Positions 38,560 to 48,084 of a DNA stretch of 64,000 nt are shown piece after piece. Positions within the stretch are counted from its first letter, which is position 1, and every line of letters starts with the position of its first letter. The notes under the pieces are model-generated. The model worked only from the letters and a program-made list of their open reading frames with translations. It had not been told where the DNA came from and searched no databases. The position numbers and the translations under genes were made by a program. Location of the stretch: contig JBMOPW010000016.1 of the NCBI GenBank assembly GCA_049322915.1, forward strand, positions 39,971 to 103,970, in the 5' to 3' direction. This DNA comes from Candidatus Zhuqueibacterota bacterium (GTDB lineage Bacteria; Zhuqueibacterota; Zhuqueibacteria; Thermofontimicrobiales; Thermofontimicrobiaceae).

Positions 38560-38775
38560 CATGGAACACGGATGACACAGATAACACGGATGTACACGGA
38601 TTTGAATTTTGTTCAGGATTTTCTGGTAAACCAAAAGTGGACGTGAAGGAAATTTTTTTTACTTTATAAAATTATAAAAATTTCATTCGCACAAATGCGC
38701 CGAAGGACGCATCTGCCTTTGGCATGATCCGCGGCCATCGTTTTGGCGGATTATCAGTGTCATCCGCGTTCCATG
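38560..38775. repeat. Foldback element with 25-bp terminal inverted repeats and ACACGGAT tandem units
   Basis: CATGGAACACGGATGACACAGATAA versus TTATCAGTGTCATCCGCGTTCCATG (23/25 complementary); four ACACRGAT units in the left arm. Confidence 0.8.
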
Positions 38776-38830
38776 ATTTGCCTGGAAGTTTTCTTCACGA
38801 TAATTTTAGATATTAGCCCATTTCAAAATT

Positions 38831-38963
38831 AAAAGGCCGGAGGGTGCATCAAACGCTCAAATTATCAGATTTCGTTGCAATATTTTGAACAGCTATTTTA
38901 GATATTATCAATACATTGTGTCAAAGAAATAAATCGGCGCCCTTATGATACACCCTCCGGCCT
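38831..38963 (-). terminator. Long-loop inverted repeat or terminator after sucD
   Basis: AGGCCGGAGGGTGCATCA / TGATACACCCTCCGGCCT with a ~94-nt loop, followed by TTTT on the minus strand. Confidence 0.5.
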
Positions 38964-38988
38964 GAGACTTTTTGTTTTGATCAGCAAT

Positions 38989-39864
38989 CTACGCTTTCAG
39001 CACCTTGGCCACGGTCGCGCCAATATCGGCCGGGCTCTGGCACACAGAAACGCCGCACGCGCGCAGCGCTTCCATCTTTTCGGCCGCTGTGCCTTTGCCG
39101 CCGGCAATGATGGCGCCGGCGTGTCCCATGCGTCGTCCCGGGGGAGCAGTCTGGCCGGCGATGAAACTGACGACCGGTTTGGACATTTTTTCTTTGACAA
39201 ACCGGGCGGCCTCTTCCTCAGCAGTGCCGCCGATTTCGCCGATCATGACCACGGCTTTGGTCTCATTGTCCTGTTCGAACAGCGCCAGCGCGTCGACAAA
39301 GGTAGTGCCGATGACCGGGTCCCCGCCGATGCCGATGCAGGTCGTTTGTCCCAGTCCCCGTGTGGTCAACTGGTGCACTGCTTCGTAGGTGAGTGTGCCA
39401 CTGCGGGAGACGACGCCCACGCTGCCCTGTTTGTGAATGAAACCCGGCATGATGCCGACTTTGGCTTTCCCCGGCGAAATGATGCCGGGACAATTGGGCC
39501 CGATCAACCGCGTCGGACGATTTTTGATAAACTGATAGACTTTCACCATATCCAGCGTGGGAAGGCCCTCGGCGATGCAAACGACCAGAGCTGCGCCGGC
39601 GCTGACCGATTCGATGATCGCATCGGCAGCGAACGCCGGAGGTACGAAGATCACCGCCGCGTTTGCGCCCTCTTTTTCAACGGCTTCAGCGACAGTGTTA
39701 TAGACCGGGACTTTATCGTCAAATTTTTGTCCGCCCTTGCCCGGAGTTACACCGGCAACGACATGGGTGCCGTACTCAATCATCTGCCGCGTGTGAAATG
39801 TTCCTTCTCCGCCAGTGATTCCCTGTACGACCAATCGTGTATTTTTATCGACTAAGATACTCAA
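38989..39864 (-). CDS. sucD: Succinyl-CoA synthetase alpha subunit
   Basis: [35 protein letters not shown] phospho-His motif; TTG start with GGAGG RBS. Confidence 0.98.
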   Translation of the reverse strand: MSILVDKNTRLVVQGITGGEGTFHTRQMIEYGTHVVAGVTPGKGGQKFDDKVPVYNTVAEAVEKEGANAAVIFVPPAFAADAIIESVSAGAALVVCIAEGLPTLDMVKVYQFIKNRPTRLIGPNCPGIISPGKAKVGIMPGFIHKQGSVGVVSRSGTLTYEAVHQLTTRGLGQTTCIGIGGDPVIGTTFVDALALFEQDNETKAVVMIGEIGGTAEEEAARFVKEKMSKPVVSFIAGQTAPPGRRMGHAGAIIAGGKGTAAEKMEALRACGVSVCQSPADIGATVAKVLKA

Positions 39865-39893
39865 TGTTAATCCTCCAGAATTTATTAAAATTG

Positions 39894-40033
39894 GTAACTG
39901 CTAAGACACCATGCTGAAGCATGGTGATGATTCAATTGTACCAGCGCCACAATTTAATGTGGTGTCTCTGCAACGAACTGATCAGCAACAGCCGCTTCAT
40001 CGGCTTTTACAACAAGCATCGCTTGGTAGTTAC
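39894..40033. mobile_element. MITE, 140 bp, GTAAC termini, between sucC and sucD
   Basis: Ends GTAACTGCTAAG / CTTGGTAGTTAC; flanks TAAAATTG (39886-39893) and AAAAATTG (40034-40041), a 7/8 match. Confidence 0.7.
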
Positions 40034-40067
40034 AAAAATTGGTGCCACTATTCAGGCATGTCGTTTT

Positions 40068-40193
40068 GCCACAAAGATACCAGGTCACGAAGATGTCCAT
40101 TTTCACATTCAATTTTTTTTAAACCAAACTCAGCTTTTCAGAATCGATGATTTTAGGTGGTTGTTTTTCATTGTGCCTTTGAGACTTGGCGGC
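40068..40193. repeat. Degenerate inverted repeat with ~8-nt periodic arms
   Basis: GCCACAAAGATACCAGGTCACGA versus TTGTGCCTTTGAGACTTGGCGGC. Confidence 0.5.
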
Positions 40194-40288
40194 TGAACAG
40201 GAAAAAGCTGATATGAATAATCGATTAAGTTGGCCATCTCCTTCCCAATGCCAACAGCGACAGCCGCCGGAGAGGCCTGACTCTTTCA

Positions 40289-41449
40289 TTAATTCCCCAA
40301 TGCTTCCACCACGCGCTGTGCGGCTTCCTGGAACGAATTCGCCACCAGAAATTTCAGGCCGGACTGGTTCAGGATATCGGCTGCTTCTTCGGCATTGGTG
40401 CCGGCCAATCGCACGATCATCGGCACCTGAACGCCAATTTTTTTCGCGGCTTCGACCACACCGGTCGCGACGCGGTCGCAGCGAACAATGCCGCCGAAGA
40501 TATTCACCAACACGGCTTTGACGTTGGGATCGCTGAGGATGATGCGGAAACCGTGCTCCACGGTTTCTGCGCTGGCGCCGCCGCCGACGTCGAGGAAATT
40601 GGCGGGTTCGCCGCCGGCCAACTTGATCAAATCCATGGTGGCCATGGCTAAACCGGCGCCGTTGACCATACAGCCCACATCGCCGTCCAGCTTGATGTAA
40701 TTCAAATCGTATTTGGAGGCTTCAATTTCCAATGGCTCTTCTTCGGCCAGATCGCGCAGTTCGAGGATTTCTTTGTGCCGGAACAAGGCATTGTCATCGA
40801 TATTGATTTTTGCGTCGAGGGCTAATACGTTGCCTTCTTTGGTCACCACCAGCGGATTTATTTCCGCCAATGACGCATCGATGGCCAGATAGGCATTGTA
40901 CAGAACTGTGAAAAATTTAATCGCATTTTTGAATTGGTCGCCGGACAATCCCAGACCGAATGCCAGTTTGCGCGCCTGAAACGGGGAGAAACCAACGGAC
41001 GGATCGATCCACTCTTTCAATATTTTTTCCGGCGTCTGCGCCGCTACTTTTTCAATTTCAACGCCGCCTTCAGTGCTTGCCATAAAAACCAATTGTGATT
41101 TCGCTCTGTCCAATACGATGCCAGCATACAGTTCTTTCTCAATATTCAGTCCCTGCTCAACCAAAATCCGATTCACGGTCTTTCCTTCCGGCCCGGTCTG
41201 ATGGGTCACCAGCGTCATGCCCAGCATTTTCTCGGCCAGCTTCTCAGCTTCGTCCGCGTTTTTGGCAATCTTCACGCCGCCGCCTTTGCCGCGACCGCCG
41301 GCATGAATCTGTGCCTTCACGACCACGGTTCCGCCCAATTGCTCGGCTATCTTTCGGGCTTCACTGGCTTTGAAAGCAACCTTGCCTTCGGGAACAGGTA
41401 CGTTGAATTTCCGCAAAATTTCTTTTGCCTGATATTCGTGTATTTTCAT
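40289..41449 (-). CDS. sucC: Succinyl-CoA synthetase beta subunit
   Basis: [58 protein letters not shown]. Confidence 0.98.
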   Translation of the reverse strand: MKIHEYQAKEILRKFNVPVPEGKVAFKASEARKIAEQLGGTVVVKAQIHAGGRGKGGGVKIAKNADEAEKLAEKMLGMTLVTHQTGPEGKTVNRILVEQGLNIEKELYAGIVLDRAKSQLVFMASTEGGVEIEKVAAQTPEKILKEWIDPSVGFSPFQARKLAFGLGLSGDQFKNAIKFFTVLYNAYLAIDASLAEINPLVVTKEGNVLALDAKINIDDNALFRHKEILELRDLAEEEPLEIEASKYDLNYIKLDGDVGCMVNGAGLAMATMDLIKLAGGEPANFLDVGGGASAETVEHGFRIILSDPNVKAVLVNIFGGIVRCDRVATGVVEAAKKIGVQVPMIVRLAGTNAEEAADILNQSGLKFLVANSFQEAAQRVVEALGN

Positions 41450-41585
41450 TATGCCTCCTGAGTTAAAACGAGTTGAACCAAATATGATTTATAAAATTAG
41501 AATTCCGTTTGGGTAGCAGTTAAGCCACCAGATTGCGATGGATATACATCCAGCGCGGGCAATGGCTGGGACGTATGTTCGGGCG

Positions 41586-41605
41586 CCCCGACTTTTAAGT
41601 CGGGG
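41586..41605. repeat. REP-like hairpin
   Basis: CCCCGACTT-TT-AAGTCGGGG just downstream of arcC. Confidence 0.5.
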
Positions 41606-41647
41606 AATAGACGTCCAATGCCGGCGTCCTGTCCGAAAAGGCGTCGC

Positions 41648-42595
41648 TCATTTCACAATGCGCGTGCCGGCCAAACCCTTCATGGCGTCGGTCATTTTTT
41701 CGGTGGAGGTGATGATGCACAGATGCCCGCCGTTCTCGATGAAATGAATGGCGGACTCAATCTTGGGACCCATGCTGCCACCGGGAAATTGCTTTTCGGC
41801 CAGATATTTTTTCGCTTCGGCAATGGTCATCACATCGAGGTCGCGATGGTTCGGCTTTCTGTAATTCAACGCCACTTTGTCCACAGCCGTGAGGATGTAC
41901 AATTCCTCGGCGCCAATATCGCGGGCCAAAATTGCTGCTGCTCGGTCTTTATCCACAACGCCGTCCACGCCCTCGTAAGTGCCGTCCTCTTCGATGTAGA
42001 CCGGCGCGCCGCCGCCGCCGACTGAAATCACAATCACGCCGCGGCTCACCAGATGTTTGATGGTTTTCTTTTCGACAATTTCCAGCGGAATGGGTGAGGG
42101 AACCACGCGGCGATAGCCACGGCCCTCGTCGTATTTGATGGTCCAGTTTCGCTCGGCCATCAGCGTTGGCACCTGCTCTTCCTTGTAAAACGGGCCGACA
42201 AACTTGGTCGGATTCAGTATCGATGGGTCATTCTTATCGACTATCACCTGCGTGACAATGGTCGCCACTTCCCGGTCGATCTTTCGGCGAATGAGCTTGT
42301 TCTGCAGCGACTGCGCAATCATATAGCCCATGCCGCCTTCCAGATCAGCGACGATGACTCCCAACGGAATCGGCGGGACAAGGCGCCGCGATTCTTCCAC
42401 GCGAATGAGCGCATTGCCCACCTGCGGACCATTTCCGTGGGTGATGGCAACATTATAGCCTCGCTCGATTAACTCAGCAACGCCGGCAAGGCTCTGGCGC
42501 GTGTTGGCGAATTGCTGGTAAATATTACCTTCTTCGAATTCCCGGGTGATGGCGTTGCCGCCGAGAGCGACAACGACTGTCTTTGTTGTTTTCAT
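41648..42595 (-). CDS. arcC: Carbamate kinase
   Basis: VALGGNA, THGNGPQVG, PTKFVGPFY, RRVVPSP, GVVDKD, GSMGPK. Confidence 0.97.
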   Translation of the reverse strand: MKTTKTVVVALGGNAITREFEEGNIYQQFANTRQSLAGVAELIERGYNVAITHGNGPQVGNALIRVEESRRLVPPIPLGVIVADLEGGMGYMIAQSLQNKLIRRKIDREVATIVTQVIVDKNDPSILNPTKFVGPFYKEEQVPTLMAERNWTIKYDEGRGYRRVVPSPIPLEIVEKKTIKHLVSRGVIVISVGGGGAPVYIEEDGTYEGVDGVVDKDRAAAILARDIGAEELYILTAVDKVALNYRKPNHRDLDVMTIAEAKKYLAEKQFPGGSMGPKIESAIHFIENGGHLCIITSTEKMTDAMKGLAGTRIVK

Positions 42596-42775
42596 GGTTT
42601 TAAAATTGGTTTCTATGCAGATGGATAAGACCTGTCCGCAGAGGTGACTGGGTCACTGTGTCGCCCGTCTCGCTGCGGCGCCGGCCTTGATTGTATGGCA
42701 TTGGAGCCGAAAAATAAGAAATAATTTTGCCAAAATCCAGAAAAATATTTCACGATTAAAGTTGACTGGCGCGAC

Positions 42776-44812
42776 TCAAATTTTTTTTATCACGGCAAAA
42801 GTCACGTCATCTTCCTGATTCCGATTGCGCCTCCAGACATCTGCGGCGCGGAATAGCTCCGTAACAATTTTGTCGGCGTCGAGTCGGGCGACATTTTTGA
42901 AAATGTCTTTGACGCGCGGATAATCCAACATTTCCTTCTGCTCATTGAACAGCTCCGGGAATCCATCGGACATCAGCAACAGGACATCCCCGGCCTGCAA
43001 TTCTGTTTCGAAAGAAGGAAAATCGGCCGCCACCGGTCCGCCCAGGAACATGCTTTTCAGGACGACTTCCTCCACCTCGTCCGCAGAGCTGCGATAAATC
43101 AACAGCGGCGGCATGCCGGCGGAGGTGACGGTACAGGTCGCGCCCCTGATTTTCAACAGCGACAGCGCCATGTAGCTATTGCTCAATTTCACCTTCTTGA
43201 TCATTCCGGAGCAAGTCTTCAAAAATTCAGCGAGCCCCATCCCCGGCGCGAATGAGTGGAAGAGACTTTTGATGGTCAAAATCATCATGCCCGCTTTCAT
43301 CCCGTGTCCGGTGGCGTCGCCCACGGCGAAGATGACCGAACCATCTTCGGCGGACAACGAATCGTAGTAATCACCGCCGACTTCTGTGGCAGTCCGCATT
43401 TCAAAACAGATGTCCAGGCCGGGAAAGTCATTGGTGAACCGGGGCAGCATGGATAGCTGGAATTGGCGCGCGTCTTCCAGTTCGCCGGTCTTTCGCTGAT
43501 TATCCACCTCCAATAGTAGCCTATCGATCTCTCGCTCCCTGGCGAGCCGTTCCTGCTCCAGCGTTTTCTGAGATAGCTCTTTCACCTGTATCAATTGCTT
43601 TTCCAGGTTTCGCGCCGTGGCTGCAAAATCGTAAGCCATATCCAGTGACATGGAGAAAATCATGGCGATGAGCCCAATGAGGTAGGGGTAAACGATGCCA
43701 AACACCGGCTGGACGACGTTGAATCCTATCAGAATCTGGTAGGCGACACTGGCGAACAGAATGAGAAAACCGATTCGGATGATCCATACATTGAAGCGCC
43801 CTCTGCTTTTGAGCTTTGTCATGACGCGGAGAATTTCAAGGAACTCGATGATCATGAGAAACAGCGCCATCCGGATGATTGTCGGAGATGATTGAAAATA
43901 GAGCAGCAGCATCATGCCGAGATTCAGCAGGATGATCACCGGCGTATAGTTGGGAAATCGGGGCAAATTCGAATACGTGGTGAATAATCCGAGCAACGTC
44001 GAAAAAAGCATTGCCAGGAAAAAGAGGCGATTGTACAGATACATGGAATAAAAATTGGTTGTCAAGTACGGCTGGAATTGGGCCAGGATAAGCACGGCAA
44101 ATCCGAGCAGCATAATTGCATAAAACAGATTTTCCTTCAGTCGGGGATAGTACAGGAAAATCAGCAGGTGGTAAATGGCAATGATGATCGGAATGAGCGT
44201 GAAGATGAATTTATTGGTCGTGTATTTTTTCAGCATGGCGATGCTTTGATCCAGAGAATCGTCGAAATCGCTGATGGACGCTGCAAAGCCGGCAACGCTG
44301 TTGAACGCGTTGAATTGCAATGCATAATAATTGGAATAGCGAATGGCAATGATATGGTGCGTGCTATCTTTGAACACGATGCTCGTGGGGAAGCGCGAGA
44401 AAAATCGCTGCTCGTCGCGAGACGAAGTGCCTATGACGCCAAATCGCCGGACTAATTCGCCATCGATGAAAATCTCGCAGGCGCCGGCCTGCACTATTTT
44501 TAGTCCCAGCGGCGCATTGATGAGGGACGAATCGATTTTCACATGAAGTCGAAACCAACCGATACCGTTCCAGTTCTTTGCCGCGGCGGTTTCGCCGGAG
44601 AGATGCGTTTCGGAGAACTCCCACGCGCGGTCATCGAATCCGGGCGAGGCGAAGGCAGCACTATCAATCGGGCAGAATTTCCAGCTCGTCGTGAGCCTGA
44701 CAGTCTCGCCTGAGAGGATTTGTTTCGACAGAATGCGGAACGGAGCATCATCCTGGCCGATTCCTGTTCCAATAGTGCAAAAGAGAAATACGATACTGAT
44801 TAGTTTTTTCAA
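42776..44812 (-). CDS. Membrane sensor PP2C/SpoIIE phosphatase (sugar-binding-like domain + 7TM)
   Basis: Signal peptide; WKF...FDD..W and GWFRLH jelly-roll domain; ~7 TMs; coiled coil; EVGGDYYD, GDATGHG, SAGMPP, MSDG, QEDDVT. Start at TTG 44812 (GGAG RBS). Confidence 0.88.
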   Translation of the reverse strand: MKKLISIVFLFCTIGTGIGQDDAPFRILSKQILSGETVRLTTSWKFCPIDSAAFASPGFDDRAWEFSETHLSGETAAAKNWNGIGWFRLHVKIDSSLINAPLGLKIVQAGACEIFIDGELVRRFGVIGTSSRDEQRFFSRFPTSIVFKDSTHHIIAIRYSNYYALQFNAFNSVAGFAASISDFDDSLDQSIAMLKKYTTNKFIFTLIPIIIAIYHLLIFLYYPRLKENLFYAIMLLGFAVLILAQFQPYLTTNFYSMYLYNRLFFLAMLFSTLLGLFTTYSNLPRFPNYTPVIILLNLGMMLLLYFQSSPTIIRMALFLMIIEFLEILRVMTKLKSRGRFNVWIIRIGFLILFASVAYQILIGFNVVQPVFGIVYPYLIGLIAMIFSMSLDMAYDFAATARNLEKQLIQVKELSQKTLEQERLAREREIDRLLLEVDNQRKTGELEDARQFQLSMLPRFTNDFPGLDICFEMRTATEVGGDYYDSLSAEDGSVIFAVGDATGHGMKAGMMILTIKSLFHSFAPGMGLAEFLKTCSGMIKKVKLSNSYMALSLLKIRGATCTVTSAGMPPLLIYRSSADEVEEVVLKSMFLGGPVAADFPSFETELQAGDVLLLMSDGFPELFNEQKEMLDYPRVKDIFKNVARLDADKIVTELFRAADVWRRNRNQEDDVTFAVIKKI

Positions 44813-45192
44813 AAGAGTATCTCCAGTAAAAACGACCGGCCGGAAAATCACGATTGCTGTACAAATCACAGCTATGTTAATTTTGAACAATGTGTCCGGC
44901 GAAATGCATTCACCATTGGCTGCAATAGAAACCAGGATCATCCTGACTGATTTGACAGCGGCGTCAGTTTCAGTGAAAGAATTGCCAGAACATCGCGCTC
45001 AATGTGCAGCCGGGACTGCATCACCATGAGGCCAGGCTTTTGACGCACACACTCCGCGGAGTGGCCCGATTGGCTGGCTGCGGTACAAAACCGATGATCC
45101 GGCCCGGGTCGATGTTCACGTTGAAACTGCATGTGCTGTAGCAATTTCGGGGACAGGCTGTGGAATATGTTTTCATGAATGAACCACCGATA

Positions 45193-46191
45193 CTAATCCG
45201 GGCAATTCTTGAACGGCTGCGCGGCGGTTGGCATTGTCGCGCTGCTGTGGATTCTCGCCTCGATCCGCTCGATGACCGCATTCAAAAAGTCAGACGGCTT
45301 TTTTTTCTGGCCAAAATCCCATTGGCTGGATTTCAGATACACAGACTCCGGCACATAGCCACCAACCGTCCGTTTGCTGATAACGGCTTGAAACATGTCG
45401 TGAAAACGGCTGTCACTCACAGCTTCCGGATAACGACTGAGGATCTCCACGACATGCAAAATATCGTACCAGACAAAAGGCAATTTTAATTTTTTAAAAT
45501 CGCTGCCCATGCCAAAGAGATACGGCTTAATAACCTGACGGCGATCCCATAAATTAAGAAGAGTTTGGATGCCAATCTGTTTTTCCTGGCGATAATCATC
45601 TCCGTGCGTAAGAGAAAGCAGGTGAAGCATCAGGAGGGTGGCGTAGGGACAGGGATCGTCTTTGCGGCCCGGCCCGCGAAACTTACCCAATTCCGCAGAA
45701 GCGAGGCAATGCCAGCCATTTTCAGATACGCGACTGGCAAGATAATCGACAGCTTTTTTCATGGCTGGGTTCAATTCGCCGCTGTTCAATTTTATGGCGG
45801 CGTAGGCAACGAGCGGGGTGTCACAGAGAACCCATGTTTTTATGGGGAGACCTGTCCCGCCAAAGTGCTTTGGAATATTGATCAGGATCTGAAACGGCCC
45901 TTCTTCGGATTGGTTGGACATTATCTTTTCGAGGATATTGGCAATTCCCGGTTCGGCCGAAGTGAATCCTAACTCAGCGAGAAACGACAGTTTGTGAAGC
46001 GGATGGTCGACACTTTTGTGCGACTTGATTTCATCCCCGGGCCAGGCCTGCAATTCAGTGATAATCGACCGGACCCGCTCATCGTCGCAAGTCAGCCTTA
46101 CAATTTCTGCCATTGAATCGAATCGTCTCACAGAATTTCGGTGCAAAAAGAATTTGACGTAAGGTTCATGGTAGTTGAAATCTTCATTCAT
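45193..46191 (-). CDS. Hypothetical protein with prenyltransferase/squalene-oxidase-like alpha-toroid repeats
   Basis: QSEEGPF and SENGW repeat-type motifs; FGMGSDFKKLKLPFVWYDIL; DFGQKKKPS. Confidence 0.6.
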   Translation of the reverse strand: MNEDFNYHEPYVKFFLHRNSVRRFDSMAEIVRLTCDDERVRSIITELQAWPGDEIKSHKSVDHPLHKLSFLAELGFTSAEPGIANILEKIMSNQSEEGPFQILINIPKHFGGTGLPIKTWVLCDTPLVAYAAIKLNSGELNPAMKKAVDYLASRVSENGWHCLASAELGKFRGPGRKDDPCPYATLLMLHLLSLTHGDDYRQEKQIGIQTLLNLWDRRQVIKPYLFGMGSDFKKLKLPFVWYDILHVVEILSRYPEAVSDSRFHDMFQAVISKRTVGGYVPESVYLKSSQWDFGQKKKPSDFLNAVIERIEARIHSSATMPTAAQPFKNCPD

Positions 46192-46384
46192 AGCGTGTCT
46201 TTATTTGTATATGAATATTTTGAAAATACCGTGCGTCTCATCATTGAGAAGACGTATGGCGCGTGGAAAAATCTGATAAGTTAAGTATATCCCAGGTCCA
46301 TCACAAGGGAAAATCCCGCTGCGAGGTGTACGCTTTGGTCAACGCCTCATCGGAATTGCTAAAAAAGATCTGATTGGGTGAAAC

Positions 46385-46420
46385 AAAAATCCCGATGTTG
46401 CAGGTGCAGCATCGGGATTT
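46385..46420 (-). terminator. Intrinsic terminator after the ArcE-like gene
   Basis: AAATCCCGATGTTGCA...TGCAGCATCGGGATTT stem with a T-tract on the minus strand. Confidence 0.8.
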
Positions 46421-46426
46421 GTAAGT

Positions 46427-47740
46427 TTATTTGAAGCGTTTCAGCACATCTTCCAGCGAGGGTCTGCCAATTTCCTGAAGCGAATAGGACACCCGAACCG
46501 CTGGTTTTTTGATATTTATTATTTTGCGCAGGTCGATGGGAGTTCCAATGATCACCACATCGCAGTCCACGGCATTGATGGTCTGTTCCAGGTCTTTCAC
46601 CTGTTGCGCGCCGTAGCCCATGGCCGGCAGCAGATCTCCGATGCTGGGGTATTTTTCGTAAGTCTCAGCAATTTTGCCAACCACCCAGGGGCGCGGATCG
46701 ATGATTTCGGACGCGCCAAATTTTTCCGCAGCTACAACACCTGCGCCGAAGGTCATTTCGCCGTGGGTGAGCGTTGGACCGTCTTCGACGACCAGAGCAC
46801 GTTTCCCGCGAATGAGTTCCGGGTCTTCAACGCTCAGCGGTGATGCGGCTTCGATGATGATCGCGTTCGGGTTGACTTCCCGGATGCTGGCGCGGACATA
46901 TTCGATATCGTCATAGCCCGCTGTATCGATTTTATTGATGACGACGACATCGGCCATGCGCACATTGGTTTCGCCGGGATAGTAGGTCAGTTCATGGCCG
47001 GCGCGGAGCGGATCTGCAATCACAATGTGCAGATCGGGTTTGTAAAATGAAGTATCGTTGTTGCCGCCATCCCACAGGATGATGTCCGCTTCCTGTTCAG
47101 CCTGTTCAAGAATTGCGCCGTAGTCCACGCCGGCGTAAATGATGGTGCCGTTTTCAATATGCGGCTCGTATTCTTCCATCTCTTCGATGGTGCACTTGTG
47201 GCGCTTCATGTCATCGTAGTTCGCGTAACGCTGGGCTTTTTGCGCGGCCAGATCCCCGTACGGCATGGGATGCCGAACCGCTACCAGTTTTTTACCGTAG
47301 GATTTCAGAATGTCACTGACGCGGCGGGTCGTTTGACTCTTCCCGCAGCCGGTCCGGACGGCGCAGATGGAGATGATCGGGACTTTGCTTTTGATGGCCG
47401 TGGAGTCTGCGCCCAACAGGATGAAATCAGCGCCATTGGCATTTATCAGCGAGGCTTTGTGCATCACTTGTTCGTGGGGAATATCGCTGTATGAAAAAAC
47501 AACACCGTCCACGTGATGTTCTTTGATGAGGTCGACCAATTCTTCTTCCGGGTGAATTGGGATGCCGTTGGGATAGAGTTTTCCGGCCAGTGACGCCGGG
47601 TAGCTTCGGCCGTCGATATCCGGGATTTGAGTTGCTGTGAAAGCTACCACGTCGTACAAATCGTTATCCCGGAACCTGACATTGAAATTATGAAAATCGC
47701 GCCCTGCAGCGCCCATGATGATGATTTTTCTGCGACTCAT
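46427..47740 (-). CDS. COG2403 P-loop NTPase (cDPG-synthetase-like), probable arginine synthetase ArcE
   Basis: IMGAAGRDFHNFN, AFTATQIP, VRTGCGKSQTTR, RHPMPYG, TIEEMEEYE, WDGGNND, VEDGPTLTHG. Start at ATG 47740 (GGAGG RBS). Confidence 0.8.
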   Translation of the reverse strand: MSRRKIIIMGAAGRDFHNFNVRFRDNDLYDVVAFTATQIPDIDGRSYPASLAGKLYPNGIPIHPEEELVDLIKEHHVDGVVFSYSDIPHEQVMHKASLINANGADFILLGADSTAIKSKVPIISICAVRTGCGKSQTTRRVSDILKSYGKKLVAVRHPMPYGDLAAQKAQRYANYDDMKRHKCTIEEMEEYEPHIENGTIIYAGVDYGAILEQAEQEADIILWDGGNNDTSFYKPDLHIVIADPLRAGHELTYYPGETNVRMADVVVINKIDTAGYDDIEYVRASIREVNPNAIIIEAASPLSVEDPELIRGKRALVVEDGPTLTHGEMTFGAGVVAAEKFGASEIIDPRPWVVGKIAETYEKYPSIGDLLPAMGYGAQQVKDLEQTINAVDCDVVIIGTPIDLRKIINIKKPAVRVSYSLQEIGRPSLEDVLKRFK

Positions 47741-48084
47741 AGTACCTCCAGAATGTATGATAGTGGATTGATTATCATTGGATTTATGGAATCGTTCAGA
47801 GTGTACAGGAGAATTGAGAGAATCAATGAGGACGAACCGGGTTTGAAATAGCGCAACGCGAACAATAGAAATTGGATTCACCCAGATGCCCGCTGGATTT
47901 TGGGACATTGCCAGTGAAATCTATTGCTTCGCCGAAATACATGAATGCTCCCAAACACTGAGTCGCCCGATCCGGAAAAATTGAACCAACGTCTAACCGG
48001 GATTTCCACCAGTTCTCCACCACTCCTGTTTTGGCGATACATCAATGTCAGGGACTTCAACTATCAAACATTCTGTGCCAAACT

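Noticed and set aside
38567..38603. Short tandem repeats as a possible CRISPR array
   Set aside because: Units are 9-10 nt with no spacers, and there are no cas genes.
38977..39855. 292-aa ORF antisense to sucD
   Set aside because: Antisense shadow of a conserved gene; no recognisable motifs.
41513..41576. GTAGCAGTTAAGCCACC...ATGGCTGG, possible MITE remnant upstream of sucC
   Set aside because: Right end too degenerate and no direct repeat.
47741..47908. ORF-track N-terminal extensions (also 50448, 53403, 17925, 28936, 44941)
   Set aside because: They overlap neighbours or lack family similarity; downstream starts have better RBS or motif support.
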